Positions 57,162-64,000 of a stretch of DNA of 64,000 bases are shown here, in pieces; the stretch's first letter is position 1, and each line of letters begins with the position of its first letter. Position numbers and translations under genes: made by a program. The notes under the pieces were generated by a model that saw only the letters and a program-made list of their open reading frames with translations, was not told the DNA's origin and made no database searches. Source of the stretch: Caulobacteraceae bacterium (GTDB taxonomy: Bacteria; Pseudomonadota; Alphaproteobacteria; Caulobacterales; Caulobacteraceae); contig JARLIQ010000038.1 in NCBI GenBank assembly GCA_031291645.1, positions 22,414-86,413 of the forward strand. The letters run 5' to 3'.

Positions 57162-57273
57162 AGCACGTTAGGCGAAAGTGTGTGCGGCTTCGCCGCTCGA
57201 ACGTGCTCTAAGCGTTTGATTTAGAGCCCTTTTAAGCGGGTCAGATGATTCCATCTGACCCTAAAGGGCTCTA
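57159..57273. repeat. Two adjacent nested long palindromes (REP/MITE-like element or bidirectional terminator)
   Basis: Hairpin 1: TAGAGCACGTT (57159-57169) pairs with AACGTGCTCTA (57200-57210), with an inner GGCGAA/TTCGCC pair. Hairpin 2: TAGAGCCCTTT (57222-57232) pairs with AAAGGGCTCTA (57263-57273), with an inner GGGTCAGATG-ATTC-CATCTGACCC (57238-57261). Confidence 0.6.
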
Positions 57274-57383
57274 GCGCCAGCGCAAGCCGCGCAACGGGTT
57301 CGCGGACGGAGGCGGCGACGCGCGGGGTCTCCTCATTCTTGCCAAAGACCGGGAAGATTGTGCGATCCGGGGGCCGGGCTTGT

Positions 57384-57410
57384 GAGAACCAAGCACGGCC
57401 TTCGCTCGTT
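57384..57410 (+). promoter_or_regulatory. Candidate general-stress (EcfG/SigT-type) promoter GAGAAC-N17-CGTT
   Basis: GAGAACCAAGCACGGCCTTCGCTCGTT lies ~65 nt upstream of the KGG-protein start. It resembles the GGAAC-N16/17-CGTT consensus with one mismatch in the -35 element. Confidence 0.4.
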
Positions 57411-57473
57411 ATCGGTAGGTCCGCGCCTTCCGCGGACGCGCCCGCCGCCCCGTTCAACAGCCAGGAGTACCCC

Positions 57474-57710
57474 ATGACGCAGCAGGACATTCGCAGCCAC
57501 AAGCCGGCCCGCCGCGGCTTTGCGGCCATGGACAAGGAGCGTCAAAGGGAGATCGCCCGCAAGGGCGGCGCCAGCGTGCCCGACGAAAAGCGCAGCTTCT
57601 CCCAGGATCGCGATCTCGCCGCCGCGGCGGGCCGCAAAGGCGGCGAAGCCTCGCACGGCGGCGGTCGTCGCCGCAGCACAGACTCCCGGCTGGACGAAGC
57701 TCGCTCATAG
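57474..57710 (+). CDS. KGG-repeat general stress protein (YciG-like)
   Basis: MTQQDIRSHKPARRGFAAMDKERQREIARKGGASV...AAAAGRKGGEASHGG contains two KGG motifs. An AGGAG Shine-Dalgarno sequence lies 6 nt upstream of ATG 57474. The track ORF 57339..57710 is over-extended. Confidence 0.8.
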   Translation: MTQQDIRSHKPARRGFAAMDKERQREIARKGGASVPDEKRSFSQDRDLAAAAGRKGGEASHGGGRRRSTDSRLDEARS

Positions 57711-57818
57711 GGCGGAGCCGGACCCTGCCGGGTCGATCGACCCAGTAGGGCGCTAGTCCACGGGTTCAGGCCATTTCCCCTGCAGCCTCAAGGCCTCAGC
57801 GGGAGATGGCCCAACCGG

Positions 57819-60209
57819 CTAGCGCCAATCCTGAAGCAGCAGCACCGCGAACGCGGGCTCTGCGCTGACCCACTGCGCGCCGACGCGCCAGCCGGCGCGG
57901 GCCGCAAGCGCCGCAAAACCGTCCAGCGTGAACTTGTAGGAATTCTCGGTGTGGATGGTCTCTCCCGCCGTCATCGCGAAATCGTGACCGGCCACGCTGA
58001 GGATCTGGTCCCGCAGGCTGACCAGATGCATCTCCATCCGGCTCTGGGCCGCATTCCACACCGCCTTGTGCCGGAAAGCCGACAGGTCGATCGACGCATC
58101 GAGTTCGCGGTTGATCCGCTCCAGGAGGTTCAGGTTGAACGCCGCGGTGACGCCGCGCGCGTCGTCGTAGGCGCGCACCAGCACGTCCTCGTCCTTCGCC
58201 AGATCGATCCCGACGATGAACTGGGCCCCCTGCCCCAGCAGTCGCCGCGCGGTATTCAGGAAGGTGACGGCCGCGTCGGGCGGGAAGTTGCCGATGGTCG
58301 AGCCCGGAAAGAAGCCGGTCCGGGGCCGTCCGTCCGCTGCCGCCGGCAGGTCGATCGGCTGGGTGAAGTCACCCACCAGCGGGGCGACCTCGATCGCCGG
58401 GAAGCGGGCGCGAATGGCCGAGGCGGCCGGCGCCAGGGCGTCCTCGCTGATGTCGACCGGGATGTAGGCCGCGATCTGGGGCGCGGCTTCGAGCAGCAGC
58501 CGGGTCTTCAGGCTGGCGCCGCTGCCGAACTCGATGAGCGCCGCGTCCGGTGAAATGTAGCGGGCGATATCGCTGGCCGCCTCACTCAGGAGCGCGGTCT
58601 CGGTCCGGGTCACGTAGTATTCCGGAAGCTCGCAGATCGCCTCGAACAGGGCCGAGCCGCGCTCGTCGTAGAAATACTTGCTGGGCAAGGTCTTGGGCGA
58701 GGCCGAGAGCCCCCCGACCACGTCCTTCAGGAAGGTTTCGGCTTCCGCCGCCGAGCGCGCCGGCGCGTCCTCGGCCAGGCGCACGCCGGCGAAGGCCCAG
58801 CGCTGGTGCGGGTAGAAGAAGTTGCGGTAGGTGGCCCGCACGTGGCCGGGCGGCGTGGCGCAGCAGCCGCCCCTCAGCACCATCTGGCTGACCATGAACT
58901 TGCCATTGTACTCGCCGACCGCGCCGGCGCCCGGCTTGAACCCCGGATAGGGCGCATAGGCGCTGGCCGTCCATTGCCAAAGCTCGCCGAACATCTGGCG
59001 AAGGCCGCCGCCCGCGCCCGCCGGCGCGGGAGCGAGCCGATCGAGGTCCAGGAAACCGCCGTCGAGCGGCAGGTCCGCCGCGGCATGCTCCCACTCCGCC
59101 TCCGTCGGCAGCCGCTTTCCGGCCCAGCGGGCGTAGGCGTCGGCCTCGAAATAGCTGACGTGGGCCACCGGCGCGTCGGGATCGAGCGGCGCGAGGCCGC
59201 CCAGGCCCATCACCCGCCAGTCGCCCGCGTCGTCGGCCGGCGTCCAGTACAGCGGATGGGCCCAGCCCTCAGCCTGCACCCTGGCCCAGCCGTCGGAGAG
59301 CCACAGCTCCGGCCGCGCATAGCCGCCGTCATCCATGAAGGCCAGCCATTCGCCGTTGGTCACCAGCCGGTCGGCCAGGCGGTAGGGCGCCACGAGCGTG
59401 CGGTGGCGCGGGCTTTCGTTGTCGAAGGCGAAGCCGCCGCCGGCGTGGCCGATCTCCACCACGCCGCCGTCGAAGCCGACGAAGCCCATCGGGGTCGGCC
59501 CGCTCGAAGCCGGCGCGGCCGAGGCGCGATAGACCGGCTCGCCCGGCATCTGGCCGAACAGGTGCAGGATGTCCATCAGGATCAGTTCCTGATGCTGCTC
59601 CTCGTGCGCCAGGCCGAGTTCGAGCAGGTCCAACAGTTCAGGCTGCTCACCGGCCGGACCGGACAGCAGCCGGGTCATGGCCTCGTCGATGGCGCGACGA
59701 TAGCCGCGCACCTCGCTGAGCGACGGCCGGGTGACCAGACCCCGCAGCGGCCGCGGCCGGCGCGGCCCGATCGCCTCGTAGTAGGAGTTGAACAGATAGC
59801 TGAACAGCGGGTCGAACGGCCGGTGCTCGGGATCGAACCTGGCCAGGATGAAGGTCTCGAAGAACCAGGTGGTGTGGGCCTGGTGCCACTTGGCCGGGCT
59901 CGCGTCCGGCATCGACTGCACCGTCTGATCCTCCGCCGACAGGGGCATGGTCAGGGCCAGGGTCCGCGCCCGGACCGCCAGGTAGCGGCGCGCCGCCGCC
60001 CCGGGGTCGCCGGCCGGTTGCGCGGATCGCGCCGTTTCGACGGCGCCGTCCGCCGGCGTCAAGACCGATTCTCCCAGCCTGTGCGGGCGTAGATCTCGCG
60101 CATGGGTCGGCCCTCTGATTGATCCAACGACGGCGGCTTGGCCCCGCGCCGCCCAACGCGAATGCGTCGGCTGCGCCAAAGGTTCCCCGGCCGCCGCACC
60201 ATGCCGCAT
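57819..60209 (-). CDS. egtB-egtD: Fused ergothioneine biosynthesis protein: EgtB (DinB_2 plus FGE-sulfatase sulfoxide synthase) N-terminal, EgtD (histidine N-alpha-methyltransferase) C-terminal
   Basis: EgtB blocks: VQSMPDASPAKWHQAHTTWFFE, ...RGGCCATPPGHVRATYRNFFYPHQRWAFAGVRLAED. A 12-aa linker follows, then EgtD blocks: LPSKYFYDERGSALFEAICELPEYY, IEFGSGASLKTRLLL, GIDLAKD, TENSYKF. This is one uninterrupted frame. The true start is probably downstream of 60209 (for example TTG near 60060). Confidence 0.8.
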   Translation of the reverse strand: MRHGAAAGEPLAQPTHSRWAARGQAAVVGSIRGPTHARDLRPHRLGESVLTPADGAVETARSAQPAGDPGAAARRYLAVRARTLALTMPLSAEDQTVQSMPDASPAKWHQAHTTWFFETFILARFDPEHRPFDPLFSYLFNSYYEAIGPRRPRPLRGLVTRPSLSEVRGYRRAIDEAMTRLLSGPAGEQPELLDLLELGLAHEEQHQELILMDILHLFGQMPGEPVYRASAAPASSGPTPMGFVGFDGGVVEIGHAGGGFAFDNESPRHRTLVAPYRLADRLVTNGEWLAFMDDGGYARPELWLSDGWARVQAEGWAHPLYWTPADDAGDWRVMGLGGLAPLDPDAPVAHVSYFEADAYARWAGKRLPTEAEWEHAAADLPLDGGFLDLDRLAPAPAGAGGGLRQMFGELWQWTASAYAPYPGFKPGAGAVGEYNGKFMVSQMVLRGGCCATPPGHVRATYRNFFYPHQRWAFAGVRLAEDAPARSAAEAETFLKDVVGGLSASPKTLPSKYFYDERGSALFEAICELPEYYVTRTETALLSEAASDIARYISPDAALIEFGSGASLKTRLLLEAAPQIAAYIPVDISEDALAPAASAIRARFPAIEVAPLVGDFTQPIDLPAAADGRPRTGFFPGSTIGNFPPDAAVTFLNTARRLLGQGAQFIVGIDLAKDEDVLVRAYDDARGVTAAFNLNLLERINRELDASIDLSAFRHKAVWNAAQSRMEMHLVSLRDQILSVAGHDFAMTAGETIHTENSYKFTLDGFAALAARAGWRVGAQWVSAEPAFAVLLLQDWR

Positions 60210-60255
60210 TCCGCGGCGCAGCGGAACAGATCATGTACGCCAGCGTTACGATTGG

Positions 60256-60861
60256 ATGAGTAGTCAGGCGTCCCAGCGGCCCGCGCGTCCGGTTCCAGCC
60301 GCCAAGCCGGCGCCGTCGCCGAACCAGGCCCCAGGGCGCTGGCGCGACGAGGTGCTGGCCCTCACCCCCGCGCTGCGGGCGTTCGCATGGTCGCTGTGCC
60401 ACGACGCCGCCGAGGCCGACGACCTGGTCCAGGAGACCTTGCTCAAGGCCTGGAGCCATCGGGACCGGTTCGAACCCGGCACCAACCTGCGCGCCTGGCT
60501 GTTCACCATCCTGCGCAACACCTTCTACACGGCGTTGAGCCATCGGCGACGCGAGGTTCGTGACGAGGAGGGCCAGTTCGCCGCCGGGCTGACGGCGCCG
60601 GCGAGCCAGTACTGGAGCGTGTCGGTGACGGAACTGCGCGCCGCCATGCTGCGGCTGCCGCCGGAACACCGCGAGGCGCTGATCCTGGTCGGCGGGGCGG
60701 GCCTGACCTACCTGGAGGCGGCCGAGGTCTGCGGCTGCGCGATCGGTACGATCAAAAGCCGGGTGAACCGGGCGCGGGCGCGCCTGATCCGGATGTTGGG
60801 CGGAGGACCGGCCGACGCCGAAGCGCCGACCGGCGAAGACGATCTCAGCCCTGCCCGCTGA
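60256..60861 (+). CDS. ECF-type sigma-70 family RNA polymerase sigma factor
   Basis: Region 2 ([38 protein letters not shown]) and region 4 ([28 protein letters not shown]). Confidence 0.85.
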   Translation: MSSQASQRPARPVPAAKPAPSPNQAPGRWRDEVLALTPALRAFAWSLCHDAAEADDLVQETLLKAWSHRDRFEPGTNLRAWLFTILRNTFYTALSHRRREVRDEEGQFAAGLTAPASQYWSVSVTELRAAMLRLPPEHREALILVGGAGLTYLEAAEVCGCAIGTIKSRVNRARARLIRMLGGGPADAEAPTGEDDLSPAR

Positions 60862-61783
60862 CGGCGGCGACTTCGGCGGCGAAGTCCTCGGACTTCTTCT
60901 CCACCCCTTCGCCCAGCGCCAGGCGCACGAAGCCCTTCACGGCGATGGGCGCGCCCAGAGCCTTGCCGACTTCGGCCACCAGTTGTTCGACGGTCTTGTC
61001 CGGCTCCATCACGAAGGACTGCTTCAGCAGCACGACTTCTTCGTAGAACTTGCGGATCCGGCCCTCGACCATCTTCTCGACGACGTTGGCCGGCTTGCCG
61101 GACTCGGCCGCCTGTTCGGCGAAGATGGCGCGCTCACGCTCGACGGCCGCCGGATCGAGATCGGCGGTCGACAGCGACAGCGGCGCGGTGGCCGCCACGT
61201 GCATGGCGATCTTGCGGCCCAGTTCCTGCAGCTTGGCCTGGTCGCCGGCGCCCTCGATGGCCACGAGCACGCCGATACGGCCGAGTTCCGGCGCGGTGGC
61301 GTTGTGCACATAGCTGGCGATGGCGCCCTGGGCGACCTGGAAGCGGGCCGCGCGGCGCAGCATCATGTTCTCGCCGATGGTGGCGATCAGGCCGGTGACC
61401 AGGTCGGCGACGCTCTCGCCGTCCTTGGTCTTGGCCTGGCCGATCGCATCGACGCCGCCCTCGACGTCCAGCGCCGCCGCCGCGATGGTGCGGGCGGCGT
61501 TCTGGAACAGTTCGTTGCGCGCGACGAAGTCCGTCTCGGCGTTCAGCTCGATCACCGCACCGGTCATGCCGGCGCCGTCATTGCGCAGCGCAACGGCCAC
61601 CAGGCCCTCGGCAGCCACGCGGTCGGCCTTCTTGGCCGCCTTGGACAGCCCCTTGGTGCGCAGCCAGTCCATCGCCGCGTCCAGTTCGCCGCCGTTCTCC
61701 TGCAAGGCCTTCTTGCAGTCCATCATGCCCGCGCCGGACTTCTCGCGCAGTTCCTTCACCAGACCGGCCGTGATCTCAGCCAT
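60845..61783 (-). CDS. tsf: Translation elongation factor Ts
   Basis: [27 protein letters not shown]... is the canonical EF-Ts N-terminus. ATG 61783. Confidence 0.95.
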   Translation of the reverse strand: MAEITAGLVKELREKSGAGMMDCKKALQENGGELDAAMDWLRTKGLSKAAKKADRVAAEGLVAVALRNDGAGMTGAVIELNAETDFVARNELFQNAARTIAAAALDVEGGVDAIGQAKTKDGESVADLVTGLIATIGENMMLRRAARFQVAQGAIASYVHNATAPELGRIGVLVAIEGAGDQAKLQELGRKIAMHVAATAPLSLSTADLDPAAVERERAIFAEQAAESGKPANVVEKMVEGRIRKFYEEVVLLKQSFVMEPDKTVEQLVAEVGKALGAPIAVKGFVRLALGEGVEKKSEDFAAEVAAVSGQG

Positions 61784-61805
61784 GGGGTCCTCCAAAACAG
61801 GTGTA

Positions 61806-61827
61806 GGCCGGGGCTGGCGCCCCGGCC
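61806..61827 (-). promoter_or_regulatory. 9-bp GC hairpin in the rpsB-tsf intergenic region (possible attenuator)
   Basis: GGCCGGGGC-TGGC-GCCCCGGCC, seen directly between the rpsB stop and the tsf start. Confidence 0.35.
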
Positions 61828-61859
61828 GCAGTCGTCAGTTCAAAAGGCCGAACGGGCGA

Positions 61860-62711
61860 TCAGCCCTCGGCCGGCTCGTCCCCGGCGGCTTCCAGCGTCG
61901 GCTCGGCGACGGCTTCGGCCACGTCGGCCTCGGCGGCCGCTTCGGTCTCGACGGCGGAGGCCGTCAGCACCGGCTCGACCGGCGGCGCCTCTGCGGCGCC
62001 GATATCGACGCCAAACGCGACCTGACCCTCGGCCAGGCCATCAAGCACCGAGTCTGCGACAAGATCGCAATAGAGCTGCAGCGCGCGCGCCGCGTCGTCG
62101 TTGCCCGGGATCGGATAGGTGATGCCGTTCGGGTCGCAGTTGGTGTCGAGGATCGCCACCACCGGGATGTTCAGCTTGCGCGCTTCCTGGATCGCGATCG
62201 CTTCCTTGTTGGTGTCGATCACGAACATCAGGTCGGGAATGCCGCCCATGTCCTTGATGCCGCCCAGGGACAGTTCCAGCTTGTCGCGTTCGCGGGTCAG
62301 CTGCAGCAGTTCCTTCTTGGTGCGGCCTTCGCCGGCCCCGCCCAGCACCGTCTCGAGTTCGCGCAGGCGCGCGATCGACTGCGAGATGGTGCGCCAGTTG
62401 GTCAGGGTGCCGCCCAGCCAGCGGTGGTTGACGTAGTACTGGGCGCAGCGACGCGCGGCCTGGGCCACCGGGTCGGAGGCCTGGCGCTTGGTGCCGACGA
62501 ACAGCACCCGGCCGCCCGAGGCGGCGACGTCGCGGACCTTGACCAGCGCCTGGTGCAGCAGCGGGATGGTCTGCGACAGGTCGATGATGTGGATGTTGGA
62601 GCGGCTGCCGAAGATGTAACGCTCCATCTTCGGATTCCAGCGGTGGGTCTGGTGGCCGAAGTGGGCGCCAGCCTCGAGAAGCTGCCGCATAGAAAAATCG
62701 GGAAGCGCCAT
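61860..62711 (-). CDS. rpsB: 30S ribosomal protein S2
   Basis: [29 protein letters not shown]... from ATG 62711, with an acidic Ala/Glu-rich C-terminal tail. The track ORF to 62867 is over-extended. Confidence 0.95.
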   Translation of the reverse strand: MALPDFSMRQLLEAGAHFGHQTHRWNPKMERYIFGSRSNIHIIDLSQTIPLLHQALVKVRDVAASGGRVLFVGTKRQASDPVAQAARRCAQYYVNHRWLGGTLTNWRTISQSIARLRELETVLGGAGEGRTKKELLQLTRERDKLELSLGGIKDMGGIPDLMFVIDTNKEAIAIQEARKLNIPVVAILDTNCDPNGITYPIPGNDDAARALQLYCDLVADSVLDGLAEGQVAFGVDIGAAEAPPVEPVLTASAVETEAAAEADVAEAVAEPTLEAAGDEPAEG

Positions 62712-62907
62712 AGAACCTTTTCCTTCTTCCGGTTCGTCCTCCGCCAGGCTCCACCTTCCCTGGTGGGAAGGACCGGAACGGAAACGCGTGGGGACAGACC
62801 CACGTGATGCCGAACGCCCAGCGTGTGTGATGGGGCGCCACATAGGCGCAACGGAACCAAAAGGCAAGGCCGGGGGCGGCGCTCGCGCGTCAGCGGTCGA
62901 GAAACAA

Positions 62908-62933
62908 CCCTCTTCTCCCGCTAGAGGAGAAGG
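62908..62933 (-). terminator. Rho-independent terminator downstream of dnaE
   Basis: On the mRNA strand CCCTTCTCC-TCTAGCG-GGAGAAGAGGG is followed by TTGTTTCTC, immediately after the dnaE stop codon. Confidence 0.55.
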
Positions 62934-62936
62934 GAA

Positions 62937-64000
62937 CTAAACCTCTTCCAGGAAGGCCACGCCCGGCGCGGTCTTCAGCGCGCCCCGCAGCGCAGCGTCC
63001 AGGTGATAGCGGCCGGGCAGCTTCATCTCCACCTCACGGCCCTCGCCGATGCCGGCGACCAGCATCACCTCCCCGCCCCGCTCGGACGGGCGCGCCGCCG
63101 AAAGCCGCGCACGCAGGGCGGCCATGTCGGCCGCGGTGGGAGAGATATGGATGCGCAGGCTGGCGGCGGCGGCCTCAATCGCCTTGTCCAGCGGCTCGGC
63201 GTCGTCGCCGAAAAACCGCACCTCGCCTTCCGAGGCCTTGGCCCGCACCTTCAGCGTCACCGCCCGACCCGGCTCCAGCGCTTCGCGGCAACGGCGAAGC
63301 TGCTCGGGCGGGAACAGCACCTCGTATTCGCCGCTGGGGTCGGACAGGGAGACGAAGGCGAACTTCTCGCCGGTGCGCGCCGAGGCGCGCTCCTGGCGGC
63401 GGCGCACGATGCCGGCCATGCGGAAGGCCTCCATGCCGGCTTCCGCCTGGACCAGGGCCTCGCTGAGCAGGGTGGTGCGGCGCCGACGCAGCACCGGGAT
63501 CATGTCCTCCAACGGATGGCCGGTCAGGTAGAAGCCGACCGCCGCCAGCTCCTCGTCGAGCTGTTCGGTCTGGGTCCAGGGATCGCACTTGGCCAGGCGC
63601 GGGCGCGCCGCGTCGGCCTGTTCGCCGAACAGGGTGGCCTGGGCCGAGGCGCGCTCGGCCGCCACGCTCTGGCCGTAGGCGATCAGGTCGTCGGCGACGG
63701 CGACGATCTGGGCGCGGTTGGGGTGCAGGGAATCGAAGGCCCCGGCCCGGGCCAGGTTCTCCAGCGCCCGCTTGTTGATCTGGCGCGGGTCCACCCGCTC
63801 GACGAAGTCGAACAGGTCGCGGAAGCGCCCGCCCTCCTCGCGCACGGCGACCAGGTGCTCCATGGCGGCCAGGCCGACGTTGCGGACGGCGCCCAGGGCG
63901 TAGAGCACCTCGCCGTCCTCGACCTCAAAGTCGGCGCCAGAGCGGTTGACGTCCGGCGGGCGCACGGCGACCGAGGCGCGGCGCGCATCCTGGTAGAACA
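62937..64000 (-). CDS. dnaE: DNA polymerase III alpha subunit, C-terminal part (continues beyond window end)
   Basis: ...[41 protein letters not shown]...[16 protein letters not shown]... is followed by an OB-fold/tau-binding C-terminus. The frame stays open to position 64000. Confidence 0.9.
   Translation of the reverse strand, partial: FYQDARRASVAVRPPDVNRSGADFEVEDGEVLYALGAVRNVGLAAMEHLVAVREEGGRFRDLFDFVERVDPRQINKRALENLARAGAFDSLHPNRAQIVAVADDLIAYGQSVAAERASAQATLFGEQADAARPRLAKCDPWTQTEQLDEELAAVGFYLTGHPLEDMIPVLRRRRTTLLSEALVQAEAGMEAFRMAGIVRRRQERASARTGEKFAFVSLSDPSGEYEVLFPPEQLRRCREALEPGRAVTLKVRAKASEGEVRFFGDDAEPLDKAIEAAAASLRIHISPTAADMAALRARLSAARPSERGGEVMLVAGIGEGREVEMKLPGRYHLDAALRGALKTAPGVAFLEEV

Overview
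This is a high-G+C chromosome segment of alphaproteobacterial type. The gene content looks Caulobacterales- or Sphingomonadales-like, but that is inference; no search was run.

The left ~31.3 kb is an accessory mosaic that ends at a tRNA-Pro(GGG) gene with a P4-type integrase. It contains:
- (i) 1-9554: a visibly more A/T-rich block for uptake and catabolism of D-amino-acid peptides (DgcA/DgcN, a TonB-dependent receptor, an XRE-cupin regulator, an S12 D-aminopeptidase-like enzyme, an M81 MlrC-like enzyme and an S58 DmpA-like enzyme).
- (ii) 9.56-13.6 kb: a junkyard of truncated genes. These are a receiver-domain tail, an SDR head, the scar of a second lasso-peptide locus, an AbiEi antitoxin with a decayed AbiEii toxin, an IS-like fragment and a frameshifted GntR.
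- (iii) a LuxI/LuxR pair and a LysR regulator.
- (iv) 17.1-26.2 kb: a complete astexin-type lasso-peptide locus. One arm carries an ECF sigma, a FecR anti-sigma, an STN-domain TonB-dependent transporter and an S9 isopeptidase. It converges on the cyclase (C), the protease/RRE (B) and a 44-codon precursor gene at 26003-26137 (minus strand) that is missing from the ORF track.
- (v) a lower-G+C SDR/LysR block ending in a truncated NodD-like LysR.
- (vi) excisionase, integrase and tRNA-Pro.

The right ~32.6 kb is ordinary core genome: oxidoreductases, methyltransferases, smpB, dapA, slt, a TetR-controlled FecCD-type ABC importer, RNA methyltransferases, hrpB, an amino-acid permease, an OmpR/EnvZ-type pair, cysD-cysNC, a KGG stress protein, a fused egtB-egtD, an ECF sigma, tsf, rpsB and the 3' end of dnaE.

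Many long ORFs in the track are antisense shadow ORFs typical of high-G+C DNA and are not called. No rRNA genes or CRISPR arrays were seen.
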